A DNA stretch of 64,000 nucleotides, taken from Nymphaea colorata. Taxonomy: Eukaryota. The notes below the pieces were generated by a model. The model ran no database searches. It was not told where the DNA came from and saw only the letters and a list, made by a program, of their open reading frames with translations. The translations under genes and the position numbers were made by a program. Each line of letters begins with the position of its first letter. The stretch's first letter is position 1. Below, in pieces: positions 10,107 through 23,320 of this stretch. The stretch spans positions 24,676,001-24,740,000 of the forward strand of contig NC_045138.2 in NCBI RefSeq assembly GCF_008831285.2, given 5' to 3'.

Positions 10107-13100
10107 GGGGGCGTTTGATGCGTCGGAAAAACACTATTCACCTGGAAAAAAAATTCAAATATTTGAAATTTTTCCATCGTATCAAACGTGGAAAGCTTTT
10201 TTCGACCGTTGAAGTCGAATTCCAGAAATTTTTTCCCGGAAAAAATTTCCGTCTGGAGAGACGGAGATTTTTTTCCAGAATTATATTTTTGCCCGTTAGG
10301 GCACCCGAGCGCGTCTTCGCGTTTCTTCTTTTCCTTCCTGTGCCGTAGACGCTCCCTCTTCTTTCTCGTCGACGCACCCGCAGACTCCCTCGCGTGCCTC
10401 CTCTCCCTCTCTGCATCAAGCTCACGCCTCCTCTCAGTGCAGCCGCTAGCCTCCCATCCCTCTCTTTCTCGCAAGGTATTGTCTCTCTCTCTCTCATTCT
10501 CTCTCTTGTTCCCCTCTCCAAGTAGGCGTTTTGAATCCCTGCGGGTGCATCGACTGAAAACGACCCTCTGATGTCTGCCGTGAGCATGAATCCCCTTTTT
10601 GTTTTTGTATGTCTGCAATGTTTCTTCTCAAGTCATGTCTGCAAGCATGTTTTCTGTTTCTGTTCTCATAAAGAGTTCGTTGTTCTCCTCTGCCCTCTCT
10701 GCTTCTTTCCTTGGTAAGAATCCTTTGTCTTCCCTTTCCTCTCTCTTTCTCTGCAATTTTTTTTGCTTTTCATGCGTTGGTTCTGCACAAAAAAGCCTCT
10801 GAGACTGGTCTTGTTAGCTTTTCGTGGGTTCTTCTCCTTTGACGTGGAGGGTTTCTTCTTTACCTTTCGTTTGAAGGGGGAAGGTATTTCTGCAATTTCT
10901 TGATGATTGTGTGGTGCGTCCATTTTTAGGTTCTTTGTTGCGTTTGTGGAGTAAGGTTTGGCTTTTATGCAATTTCTTGATGATTGTGTGGTTCTCCTTA
11001 GACAGTGATGGGAGTCACAGGGACTGGAGGTGAATATGGGAGGATCGAACCCCACTTGTGTAAGCGTTTCATCAGCATTTTACGTGGTTGAGAGTCACGT
11101 AATGGCATCGCATTCAAGTCCCTGTGGAGGGCCTGTGAGACTTCTTTGAGTTTATGTACTGAATAGAAAAGCTAACAAGACCAGTCTGTTTTTTGTTTGA
11201 GTGACTCAGTTTTTGGCGAGATTCAACACGAAGAAGAAAAGGAAGAGAGAAGAGGAATAAAAAGAAATATGCTGCGATCAAAAGTACTGAGTTTATGTTA
11301 GCATGTTTGAGTGGTTCATGTTTTGAAACTGTTTTTTTTTACTGCACTACGAGTTCAGCATCTTTCCGCAAAATTTTAATTGATAAATCTGAACTTAGAT
11401 TTGTGCTGGGCTTCATTTTGGGTTTCAGTTGGACTTAAAATGGCTTTGCTCATATCAGTTCTGTTCTACTAGATTTTGTTTGGCATGATTTTGGTCATGC
11501 CTTCACATTCTCTTTCATGCATTTTGCAAAATTAAGCCTTCAACTTAGCTGTTGCCTTTTGAGGATCTTCAGATTGATGGGGTTGCCTTCAATGGCAGCT
11601 TCAGATCGATGGGGTTGCTCATGAAGACATTTTTCAGATTGCTATGGTTGTAGATTTACCAGGAACAAAAATGATGCACATGGTTTGGCTTTATCTGTTT
11701 GTCAAAGAAGAGTCGGACGAGTTATGTTAACTTTTTCTTACATGGTTTGGTCTGATTGTTATAATTACATGTTACTTGTTAGATGCTCACTTATTTATTA
11801 ATTTTGTTATTGTCATACAACGACAGTGTTTCTTGCTTAATTAACATATTCTAACTCATTTAGTGCTAATTGTTATTGTTATGCAACTAGCAGGACTGGT
11901 TGAAGATGAAGCACCGACATCAGTCTGACGTATGTTTAAAGGTCGTGCAAGGGGAAAGTTTGATTCAGTTTCAGTTTTTTTGTTTTGTTATGGTGCAAAG
12001 ACACTGCATGTGTATTTACTTCTTTGAATACTCGACACATGCACTTGGCTTTCTATTGAATGTTGAAGCTCTTCTGAACACTGATGGGAATATGTAAATA
12101 TTTTAACACTGATGGGACTATGTATGTGATTTGTTTAGTATTTTATCACTGATGGGAACAATGATATGATCCTTCTTTATGTATGTGGTTTGTGTGGTCT
12201 TTATTCGCTTTGTCGTGCTATCGTTGCGCTTTGTTGTTGATGTCAATTAAAGTTGCTTTTGATGACATTCCAGAAGATGGCTTAAATGTGCCCCTCAGGC
12301 TTGAAAAAGTTGCAAATGAGGTGAGCAGCAATTATTGGGTGTTGGTATTTTGTGTTGAGCTTTGGCAACATGTGCCATGTATGGGTGACTGACGCATGAC
12401 CTCCCATTGTAATTGAGCTGCTTTTCCCGTGTGCAGTTGATGCTTCATTAATCTGAATTTCAATTGCCAAGAATAGGAATACATGATTTTTGATTTCGTG
12501 TGATGATATGGGCAAAGTGTTGAAGTTGTGATGGAGTTGACGCCAGATTGATTCAATTTCTTTTATCATGCTGTTGGTTGGTCTGACGTCAACTACAATT
12601 TTCTTGGCACTGCAGCTAAGGTCGTTGGCTGCTTGCAGTGGAGATCACAGCCGTTTTTGTTATGGTTATGTTAGATTCAGATCTGATGTATATATTGCAG
12701 CGAGTTGGGTGTTTGGTTGAGTATTTTTACTTCTACAGTTATCTCGGATCTGGCATGGCATGATTTTTATTCACATTTGGTTTCAGTTTTTTATAGTTTC
12801 TATCAACTGAGGGTGTTGGTGTTGTTGATCATTGGTGCATGTTGAGAGTTAGGATAGTGATTCATAAATCTAGATAGATTGTTGCCATATTTTTGTAAAT
12901 CTAGATAAATGTTTCCTTATTATCAAACTAAGAATTAAATTTCTAGAAATATATTTCTGTACTATCAAACTTAGAAATATAGAATTGGAAATATATTTCT
13001 GAGTCATCACACACACACTAAAATTGGAATCGGAAAAATTTTTTCCATTCCATTTTTCCATTTCCTATATTTCCAGCAATATATTTCCAGAAATTTTTTT

Positions 13101-13120
13101 CCAGGCCATCAAACGGCCCC
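10107..13120. mobile_element. 3.0-kb non-autonomous PIF/Harbinger element carrying captured genic sequence (Pack-type)
   Basis: TIRs GGGGGCGTTTGATG / CATCAAACGGCCCC with TAA on both sides (10104-10106, 13121-13123). No transposase ORF. The diverged paralogous site near 35800 lacks it. Confidence 0.88.
12243..12320 (+). pseudogene. Captured exon fragment resembling plant SMUBP-2/IGHMBP2-like helicase
   Basis: Encodes SIKVAFDDIPEDGLNVPLRLEKVANE followed by donor GTGAG. Matches the recalled plant SMUBP-2 segment S-I-T-V-x-F-D-x-x-P-E-x-G-L-N-x-x-L-R-L-E-K-x-A-N-E. Lies inside the 10107-13120 element. Confidence 0.7.
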
Positions 13121-15141
13121 TAAGGCATATTCATCTAACTATAACAAACTGTTCTTATTATCAAACGGCCTTTTAGGTGGCATTTTTTTTTTTTTGACAG
13201 TTGGAATACTCTATGAGTGTTCTATGAACCTACCCGCCAATTAAACAAGTTCATGTGACACTGAACCTAATGTTCTCATAAAAAATTGAGACAAGTCATA
13301 GACTGACATATTATTCCAGTTTCCAATTTACCCCACCGAATTCCAACAAGCGATGTGTCAATTTCTAATGATGTTTATGTTTCTCGATATCCTTAGAACG
13401 TTTTATTTTAAATTATGCTTATATATTTTACAATTTGTTTTCTTAGAAAAGTGACCTTCTTAATATCTTCGATATTCACAGCCGATTCAGTTTACAAACA
13501 AATTTTAATTTACCAGAAGAGATGGGAAAACATGGAGTGCACCATCTAGTTAATACTTACTTCTGTTCTGTTTGTTTGCACGTTTGGATTCTGGAAATCG
13601 GCATGGCCTTCCCTTTATCTACAACTCTACGCTCCATGTCATGTGGGTAAATCATCCAGCCCGGCACTTATGCTTTGTCCTTGGCTGCCTAGCTCACTGG
13701 GAGAGCATTAATGGCGGACAACCATATATGTGTATACATAGTAAGTGAACTATGGTATTGTCTATCCGCACTCACCCAACCATCAAATTGAAAAATATGT
13801 GAACCAATATTAGTTGACAACAATGTCCGATTATAGCGCAGTCGGCATTACATTGGCTTCGCCGCAATAGCTTCCCCGTGCTGACCGGTTAATTTAGTCG
13901 TATTTGCTAGGATTTGTGTCCCACTGCATATCAGAAAGGATGATGTCGATCATAAGTGGAATTGAAATGCTCGTCGTTATAAATTTGAAGGTGGTTTGCT
14001 TGTTAGGATGACTACCTATTTATGGATGGGTGCGAGACCAAACTGCTTAGATTTGACATCTTAAGTTCCATTTTTTCGTGGCGCATGTGTTACTTTGGGA
14101 CTGATATGGCCGAACCAATAATTAGCCGATACATTTATTTGGACTTTTTGTTACTCCACAAATAATACGTGCAGGATTCTGTTCGGTTACGCGGGAACGA
14201 TTTTATATATATATATATAGATATATAAAGTGGGAAGTCTTTTTCGTGGCAGACGATTGATCGTCTTCCCATTGAAGTAATCAATTTACAAAGATATAAA
14301 AGCCAAAATGTATGCAAAGAGCATGTATAAATGGAGGGTGCGTATATGTACAAAATGGAAAAGGACAGCCTAACAGGCAAAAATCTGATCAGTGTATCAA
14401 TATCCGCCTCCAAGCTTTAATAGAACATTTAGCTTTCACATGCATTAATCCGACTCCTCCCAGCAAGCGAACAACTTAATTAAATCTAACATGAAGGCCG
14501 GCCATTTTCCTTGTTGGACACAGATATATTAACCTTCATGGAGGCTATGCCTTCCCGCAAAGGCACCGACGAGTGAACAGGGACGGTAAGCAATCTTAGC
14601 TCAGCGACAATAAATGATTCAATGGTTGGCAGGGGCAGTGGCCTGCCCCAGTCACACAATAGCCGAAGTAGTTCTGGTACCGAGGGTGAATGCAGGGTGC
14701 ACCTTGAAGTATCGTCCTGTCGCTATATGGCTTAATGAAATTGGATATATAAACCTGTGTTCCATTCCTATATGGTAACTATAAGATGACAAGACATAAG
14801 CAGATACTCTTAAAGATTTTGAAGATTGCAGTTCTAGTATGATACATGATTGCAATTCTAATATGATACATGATCTTGACTAAATCTTCTCAAGATATAA
14901 GGCTTCCTCAAGGAATAAGGTGACTTCATGCATTTGGCACCACGCCTGAGCATAATGTGTTTGTTTTTAATGTTTGCTATGGGAAGCCGTCTTTGGCATA
15001 AACCTTCAAAACAGTACCTTTATGCCCCTAACGTTTTGATTGCTTGAGGGCTTAGATGGACCTACGGTACAATATGCTCGTAATTTTAATGCACAACGTA
15101 TGAATATTCATGTAAGGACACTAGCAAATGTTAGTTTCTTA

Positions 15142-16665
15142 GGCTGTGTTTGATTGCAAGGAAGAATTTAACGTGGTAAATTTACCACGGTAAATTTTTC
15201 TGGAAAAAAATACAAGATGAAATTCAATCCTCTTTCGATTTGAGGCTATGTTTGATTGCAGTGAAGTTTTTTGCAGGGTAAAATTAACTGTATTTGATGT
15301 ACAAGGTAGATTTTTGCAGGATAAGATTAACTGTGTTTGATGCACAGTGTAAAAATTAGGTAAAAATTAGGAGAGACTTTTTTTCTTATCATTAGAAATT
15401 GTTGTTTTATTGATTCTCCTCCAATTTCACATAAATAAAAATTGAAACTTTGAGATTTCCATCTTTTTCTCAAGAATCGGTCTCAACTTCTGATTCTATG
15501 GTGTTAGTGCTTCAACGTAACTACGATATGCTTTATCTGAAAAATGAACAGCCATATTAAGTATCTCTACCAAACAAATTGTCTCATTCCTAAGTTCAAT
15601 GAGCTTGGCAAACAGAGGCTTTTAGGCAGCAGGCCGTAGAAACTGAAGACCTCTTCACATGATTACCAGACAGTCGAAAGATGATGGTATGAAAGACGAG
15701 ATACCTTTTAGTATCTTAACCATGTATAAGCATTAACGGTCGAAGCAATGGCAGAAATATATAGGATTAATAACAGGAAAATTTGCAAGCAATCCATAGT
15801 GAACACAAGAACTTTGCAATTTCCAGCAGATATACCGGTCAAAAAATCCCACAAAACCAAGAGCAATATGGAAGAGAACACCATAAGGCCGAAATATCCA
15901 CAGCATAATATCCAAGGCACAGAGCAAATGAAGCGAGAATTCGAGAATCCAGAGAGCGAGAAACCGCATCGCATATCTTAATCGGGGTTTCAAGCTCTAA
16001 GAGATTAGGCTGCCTGAGGAAGATATCCCTGGAAGCAACCCAAAGCTGCCGAATCTGAGACTCCATAAGGCGGGCCTGCCTTCCAGCCCTCGACGACGAT
16101 CGTGCCTCGAGTAGATGGGCGATTATCTCGTCCAACTCACCAGGGTCAATCTCCGTGCCCTGCATAGCCATGGCTTCCCTCTATCAACTCCGTCACATGA
16201 AATGATCACCCGAAAAAAAAACCTCATTTCTTCCCTTCTTCCTGAATCCTACTATCCCTCCTTTTTCGTCTTCTTCCTCCTCCTCCTCTTCCTACTTCCT
16301 AAGAGGACAGCTTTGGCAAGAGACGGTGATGGACAGCTTCGACGGAGGAGAAGGGAGCTTCAGGCAGTGACAGAGGAGAAGGGGGCTTCAGGCGGAAGGG
16401 GAAAGACGCGAAGGGGAAAGACGCGAGGACTTCGGCGGAAGGGGGAAAATTTTTTGAGCCCTAACGGCTCACAAATTTGTCTGCGGAAAAAAGTCGGACC
16501 TCAGAGGTCCGACTTTTTTCTGCGTTAATTTTCACCCTGTCGTACGAAAAATCCACGTTAAAATTTCCAACGTTTGATGGTCTCACCTCACAACGGTTGA
16601 ATCTTTTCCTCATCGTACAGTTTTCACCCGCCCCTCAAGTTTTTCCCTTACAATCAAACGCAGCC
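15142..16665. mobile_element. 1.5-kb non-autonomous PIF/Harbinger element carrying a PP1 exon (Pack-type)
   Basis: TIRs GGCTGTGTTTGATTG / CAATCAAACGCAGCC with TTA TSD (15139-15141, 16666-16668). A second TIR-like copy sits at ~15244. No transposase. Confidence 0.88.
15971..16171 (-). pseudogene. Captured first exon of a type-1 protein phosphatase (PP1/TOPP) gene
   Basis: [25 protein letters not shown]...[28 protein letters not shown] is the PP1 N-terminus. The expected GDIHG motif and later exons are absent, and the position of the phase-1 donor reads G|AT instead of G|GT. Confidence 0.88.
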
Positions 16666-17923
16666 TTATGGATGCCAAAATGGAAAAAACAAAGGAATTG
16701 ATAAAGATCCTTGTTTTTTTTTTTTACTAATAAAGTCGTCGATTCCCTCTCTCCACAACGAATATGACATTTTTACACTTACTGCTCATGAACATTTCGC
16801 CTGTTAAATGATTTTAGAAGCCTTACAACTGTCTATATATGTAGCTCTCTGATTTTCTTTCACATGCGAATCAAAGACGAAAGATTACATCGAGAGCCTT
16901 GTTATTTTATTGAAAAGTGGTGGAAAGCTGTTTTTTCGGTTGATTACGAGATTAATAAATCCACCGTCCGGAGAAAAAACTTAAAGCTTCCTTATTCCTC
17001 CTACCTTTAAGGTTCCCGAGAATTACGTAGGGTATGGTACACCCATGCGATTCACAGTTTGCAATCCATAAGAATAACATTTACGTGAATTGAACAGGCG
17101 GTCTTCTCTTCACCCGCTGCCTTCTACTCGGCCGCTGTCCGACCTACACCTCCTTGGGTGTGTAAAGCTGTTTTTAAAATAATCGTCCACCAAACATTTA
17201 AAATTTCATATATCTGTTATATAATGAATCTTCTGCAGGTAATTAATTAGCAGGTAATTTCATATAGCTAAGCGCAGGCCGTCCATCTCGATTATGGACA
17301 CAAGCTAGTTAGGCAAAACACTTGGAAAACGCCCATACATTCGTGTTAAATTAGCATGCATGGCCCAATATTTTTTTTTCTTTTTCTTTTTTCTGGTGAA
17401 GTCGATAGATTTGTCATGGTCCCGGCCGGTACTATCGGTGTGAATTGGTCTAGACCGACTGGTTTCAACCAAATTGAAGCTTGCTCTTATATGTTGATAC
17501 GACAAATCATTTAATGGAGGCAACTGCAATATCTCATTAATCATTAATTAATCGATGTCTTATGCCTATTTTTTTGGTTTTTCTTATTTTTTCCTCTTAA
17601 TTTGATTTTTTTATTTTAAAAATATGGATCATAATTTTGTCTGGTTTACCAATGATTGTGGTTTCATTTCTATTTAGCTGATTCTCTCAATGTTTTAGTA
17701 AGTTTGATATAAAATATTACTTCCTTGCACTCTCTCTTTCTATATATATGATCTCTCTTTCTATATATATGATTACCTAACCTGAAACACCCTCATTAGA
17801 ACTTATATTTTTTTGTTAATCCTCCTATAAAGCTACCGATATTGTTCACATTTCCAAGCCCTAAGCGTCATTGACCTTATAATTTTTTGTGATAAAATTA
17901 AAGGTTCACAACATAAACACGAG

Positions 17924-18722
17924 TAGGCTTGGGCCACGGGCCGGGTACCCATCGGGTACCGGGTATTGGGCCTGGGCTCGGGCCTGTCTGGCCCGTTAAT
18001 AACTAAAAAAATATTTATTATTATTTTTTAATTTTAATAATATATATTTTAATATTAAAAATATATTTATATTATAAAAAATATTTTATAATGTAAAAAA
18101 AAATTTTACCAAATGGACCGAGCTTGTTGTCTTTGATGAAGTACCTTATGGATTTCTGAAGTACATATGCTGGCTATCTTACTGTCATTGTTTTCTGTAA
18201 GGGGATTAACTGTTCGTGGATTTTGAAGCAAAATTATGAACCTCCATGTTAATTTTGTGAAATATCACTGAACTATAACCTTTAGAAAATCTTTTAGTTG
18301 AAGGATTCAATTTATGTATGGCCTGTAGAGCCCTTTGTTCTATGTTTCAGCTAATCAAATCTGTTCTGTTACATGGAGGTCCGCTCAATGGACCTGAGAG
18401 TTTGCCTATATTTTCTTACTGTTCCTTTTTTGTACTTTGGTATAAAAATAAAGTTGGCAGCAAAAATTTTCTGTGAGGATATGATAGAGATAAATTTTGT
18501 TTCCTACTTTTCGAGGTCAACAATGACACTGAGACTTCAAATTCAGATCAGGTTAATTGGAAAAACAATCAGAGCCATGCCTGTGATAATTGTGATATTA
18601 TTTAACTATCTTTGATAATTAGCACCATAACTAACTATTTAGAACACGGGCTTCGGTTTCGGCTATTGGGCTGGGCCTGGCCCCAGGCTTTAGCCCCAAC
18701 GCCGACCTTACGCCCACCCTTA
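17924..18722. mobile_element. hAT-like non-autonomous insertion
   Basis: Absent at the paralogous site 'aacacgag|cgacatt' (~37712). Termini TAGGCTTGGGC / GCCCACCCTTA. Degenerate 8-bp TSD aacacgag/atcatgag. Confidence 0.7.
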
Positions 18723-19046
18723 ATCATGAGCGACATTTATTTATTGCCTCCAAACCGCAGCTGGGATATTTTAAAACAAGTCATATTTATCCCTTTCTGT
18801 CAAATGTATTTCGTATTCATATTTTCTTTCTTGGCTATAAGAGCTTATCCAATACTTAATGTTATGAATCTTTCACTTATTTCTTTTCCACGGATTTCAT
18901 CATATTTTGTTTGCTAGCATTAAAGCTTGCGCCATTTATTTCTTTAATTTCCTTTAAGTGGAACTGTTGATATTTTGGTTTGTTGGGTTCTTCATGTTTA
19001 GCGTTTAGATCAAGCACTCAAGGGCGAAGCCAGAATAAAACCAATC

Positions 19047-19621
19047 ATTTATTTTTTCCAATAAGTATACTGGGGCCAAACAAACGTTCTTTTGTTATTT
19101 TAACTTGTAAATTTTATTTTTTTTTAGAACTAGGAGGAGCCATAGCCCTTATAGGTGATAGACAACGACCTTCATGATCATGATCAATAGCAGTGTAAGT
19201 TACTGATGAGAACAATCAAGTACTATAGGGCGCTCCACAATAGCATTTATTTTTTCCAATAAGTATATCGGGGCCAAACAAACGTTCTTTTGTTATTTTA
19301 ACTTGTAAATTTTATTTTTTTTAGAACTAAGAGGAGCCATAGCCCTTATAGGCGGTAGACAACGACCTTTATGATCAATAGCAGTGTAAGTTATAGATGA
19401 GAACAACCAAATACTGTAGGGCGTTCCACAATAGCATTTATTTTTCCCAATAAGTATACTGGGACCAAACAAACGTTCTTTTGTTATTTTAACTTGTAAA
19501 TTTTATTTTTTTTAGAACTAAGAGGAGCCATAGCCCTTATAGGCAGTGGACAATGACCTTCATGATCAATAGCAGTGTAAGTTACAGATGGGAACAATCA
19601 AGTACTGTAGGACACTCCACA
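19047..19621. repeat. Tandem triplication of a ~190-bp unit just downstream of NAC-B1
   Basis: Three copies of 'ccaataagtata..ccaaacaaacgttcttttgttattttaacttgtaaa...gagccatagcccttatagg...ccacaa'. Single copy in unit 2 (~37975-38156). Confidence 0.9.
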
Positions 19622-19740
19622 AATTGTAAAGTGTTTCTATAAGGAAAAAGAAAAAGTAATCACTTTAAAAATGGTGCAAGATTTATTTTCAATCCCCAAA
19701 GTCATAGTAAAGAGTCATATCCTGTGGAGAGTAGCTAGCT

Positions 19741-21276
19741 TCATTGTCTTGATTTGTGTTTATGGAAACGAGCCCACTGAGCTTGCACCAGGGAGCTCAA
19801 GACCGGGTGTATAATTGTCGTTGCTGCTTCTACTGTTGTGTTCATTTTTTCACCTCCATCATCAGTCGTACTAATTAAGCTGCTGTTTGGCAAATATGTT
19901 GGCATTTCCCGGCAGACAATGTCTGAAAGATCAAAGGCCGAGGTGTCGGGGAATTCCTGCCGCTGGTAAGAGGTGTCTCTCTCGAACAGTGAGCCCCCGG
20001 CAAGCTGATGATCAGCGCATAGAATGGATGAAGACATGCACCCATTGAAGGAAGGGGTAGCTTCAACATCTTCCTCCGAGTGTGGCCTTGTTGGTCTTCT
20101 GAGGGAGTTCTGATTCTTCTTGTAAATTCGGCATAAGAACCAATTATCCATCTGCAGTCAAAGCACATGTGAAGAAAGTATATGTTTATGGCTTATGGCT
20201 TGGCCACATAGTGAAAAGACATTTATTTCAATGAAAAGGAATGCTTCCTCAATATTCATGGTAATAAAACCTCCCATTGTTCATAGTTTTTATTGATTTC
20301 CAGTCAAATCATTTCTCAGTCACTATATAGAGCTATAAATAACCTCTCTTAAGGGTGAGTGTTGGGTCGACTGGCCAGGCCCAAAGCCTGAGCCCGAGCT
20401 TAGTCTAATAGCCAAACCCGAGCACCGGCTCGACCCGTTTGGTAATAAAAAAAATATTTTTACATTATAAAATGATTTTTTATAATATAAAATATATGTT
20501 TAACAATAAAATACATGTTATTAAATTAAAAAGTAATAATAATTAATAATTTTTAATTGTTAACAGGTCGGGCCAACCAGGGCCACACCTCTGGCTTGAG
20601 CCAAACACCATCTATCCAATAGGTACGGGGCCCGTATTCGAGGCCTAAACCCCCTCTCTTTATCTTTCCCTTTCCCTCTATGGCCTAGAAAAAAAATGGG
20701 CAGCATCGCCACTTACTATGATCGGTTCCTTGTTTTTGGGGAAGCTGCTATTTTCACCGTCAAGAAGCACCCTGTACTCATGCATAATCCAATTGGTCTT
20801 GGAACCATTGGGTGGCTTTCCAATGTAGAAGACTAGCGACTTTTTTACACCAACTTTGCGGCCACCTGATGTTATCGTCTTGTCAGTGCCGGTGGCCTTC
20901 CAAAAGCCAGAGCCAGCGCCTCTGTTTGGCCGTGAGCCATTTGGGTACTTGCGGTCTCTTTGGGTAAAGAAATGCCATTCATTCTCGGAATCAATTAACA
21001 AAGCCTTCCCTGCAACATTCAAACCGATCCAATATTGTCAAGAATATAACATAGAATATGGCCAAGAAGAATAAGCGAGAAGAGTGAATGTCTGCGTGAA
21101 TGTGTACCAGGTAGGACCCATGGGTCATATTTATAGAGGTTGATGTCTGCAATTACGTTGTCGGAAAAAGCCATGCCCAGAGTCTTGGGGAGGAGATAAT
21201 GGAGAAGCAGCTCCTCATCAGACGGGTGAAACCTGAACCCCGGCGGCAGATACATCTGCTCTGCTACACCTTCCAT
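19741..21276 (-). CDS. NAC domain transcription factor B1 (ATAF/NAP-like), 290 aa
   Basis: Exons 21276-21108, 21009-20717, 20151-19741 with GT-AG introns; 873 nt in frame. Motifs [58 protein letters not shown] at 21377-21384. Confidence 0.95.
20350..20647. mobile_element. hAT-like MITE in NAC-B1 intron 2
   Basis: Absent from NAC-B2 intron 2 (~38745). Ends TAAGGGTGAG / AGGCCTA are the same family as 17924-18722 in opposite orientation, with GGGCC-rich subterminal motifs and an AT-rich core. Confidence 0.7.
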
Positions 21277-23125
21277 GGTTATGTGCGTGTGTGTATGTGC
21301 TTATTGTGATCGTGAGAGAGAGATCTAGAAAGAGAGAGCGGTTGTGGACGGAAGAAAAAGGGTGTCATACTACTCCTTTTATAGACAACAATATAGTTGT
21401 GGCCTTCCGACTAAGAGATCTAGAGAGGAAAGCAGCGGTTACCTAACTCTGACCTTCAAGTATTCCTGCACGCATGGGTGGGGTGGGAACAGGAGGCATT
21501 CAGGCATCCTCTCCGAAGGTTCCTCCGTCGCCCGTTTGTTTACGTCTTACCTAGAATGTATGAGATTGAGTTTTGATGTCAAAAGGCAATTGCTTGCCAA
21601 TGGAAAATGATATGAGCGAGAAGTTAACAATTTACTAATGCTGAGTTCCACATATATATATATTTTTTTTCCTTTTGTTTTTGTCATGCTACCAAAGAGT
21701 AGCCATTTTCTCCGCAGAAGGATCGGAAACTTTGTGAAACAAAACGAGTGCATCATGGGGTTGACTGAAGCGGCTTTAATAGCAGCCACGGTTTCTTTAC
21801 TGCTTCATAAAACTCTCCTCGCAAAAACGATGCATCCTTCATAAAACTCTCCTCGCAAAAATGATGCATCCATCTTGGAGTGCGCTTGCGTGCTGCCTTT
21901 CTTTACTGCTCAAAAAAATTAACTTCATTTTACCCTCGCGCATCAATTACCTTCAGCAAGCAGAGGCAGATGTGGGCTAACCAAGTCACTAGGTCCCTTA
22001 TTTGTGGTTACAATCAAACGTGTTGATTTTCTTGAAGGATCAACCAAGTCGCGTAAAAACTTTGCCCTTGCCCGGCCTGGCCTGGCTTGGTCTTTTTAAT
22101 TCTTCACTATAATAGATACGAACAATCTCACATCGGTTTTGCGAAATTTTGACGTTTGAGAGTTACAGATGCTAAGAAAATTCAAAATCAGCTGGTACAG
22201 TTAGGCAAAAAAAACACCGACTAAGCAAAATCCAATCTATAGAGTTGCACCTTCTTTATGCTGAACGTGCTCAATGTGAGGAAAAAGAAGTCCTGATGCT
22301 TATCGTTTCCTGCTCAATAAAAAAGAAACTAATTCGCTGCAATTATCTGCATGGGATTTGTTGATCTCTTCCCGTGATTCCGCCACCATATCTTCTTCTG
22401 GGTACCACAGGTGACGAGGACCTCTTGCTTCTGTTTCTATTGTACATGTGTTGTCAAGAATAGGTGCTAATGTAAGTTTTAATTAGATTATGCTTCTGAG
22501 GACTCTTGGATCCAAGAAAAACATTACCAAATTAATTAATGGCCTGATCAACATTGAATTTGGGATTTTTTATTTTACTTTGTGGACGTTCAGAACAAAT
22601 AGAGCTCATTTTCAACCTTCTGTTCACGCGATTGTAAATAGACTAATCCACGCGATTGTCTTCTATTGCAATATAAATAGACTAAATCATAGGCCCGACA
22701 ACATAAATAGACTAATCATGGTAAATATATGTCAGTACGGGCCGAGTACTGACCGATTTGTACTGATATTGATAGCACTGGATTATATATTTCAAACGAT
22801 CAACATAAGGCTGCGTGAAGACAAATTATTGAGGTCCATAGATTCCGAGTTAAAAAGTTTTGAAAGTTAAAACATTTAAATGCTTAGCAATTAAAAGTCC
22901 ATTTGGAAATCCAAATTTTCCCTGAAAACGAATTTAATTTTTCAATAGAAAAAACAAGTGAATTTGGCAATTTTTTAATTGAAATCAAATGCATTTTTCA
23001 ATAGAAAAAAACAAGTGATGCGACACCATGTGATTTCTCACATGAAAAAGTGAATTAATTCATGATTCATCAGCTTGTGCAACAACCTTTCCCCTGACTA
23101 ATACCATGCAAGTCTATTACCCTTA

Positions 23126-23320
23126 GGGTCATTTGATTCAACAATGAAAGTTTTAAAATCACAATTCCTCTTCAAACTGAAATTGAATCAAAATTCCGGG
23201 GTTTTGGATTTTTACAAAAAAACAAAATACCTTGTTTATTTAATAATTCTAATTTGTTAAAAAAAAAATAAGTGTTTTGATTCTAAACTTTCTATGATTC
23301 CATGTATATCAAACACCCCC
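23126..23320. mobile_element. Tourist-like MITE
   Basis: GGGTCATTTGAT ... ATCAAACACCCCC flanked by TTA and TAA. The region is missing in unit 2. Confidence 0.55.

Noticed and set aside
10103..11055. ORFs of 127-171 aa as Harbinger transposase/Myb protein
   Set aside because: No DDE or Myb/SANT motifs; low-complexity subterminal sequence.
15839..16171. Functional PP1 gene
   Set aside because: No catalytic motifs or further exons; enclosed by TIRs and a TSD.
19047..19621. CRISPR-like array
   Set aside because: Eukaryotic context, whole-unit tandem repeats with no unique spacers, no cas genes.
21140..21160. miR164-like match in NAC-B1 exon 1 (TGGAGAAGCAG on + strand)
   Set aside because: Only the first 11 nt match and most of the remaining 10 mismatch. 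Explained by ELLLH codons and not conserved in B2.
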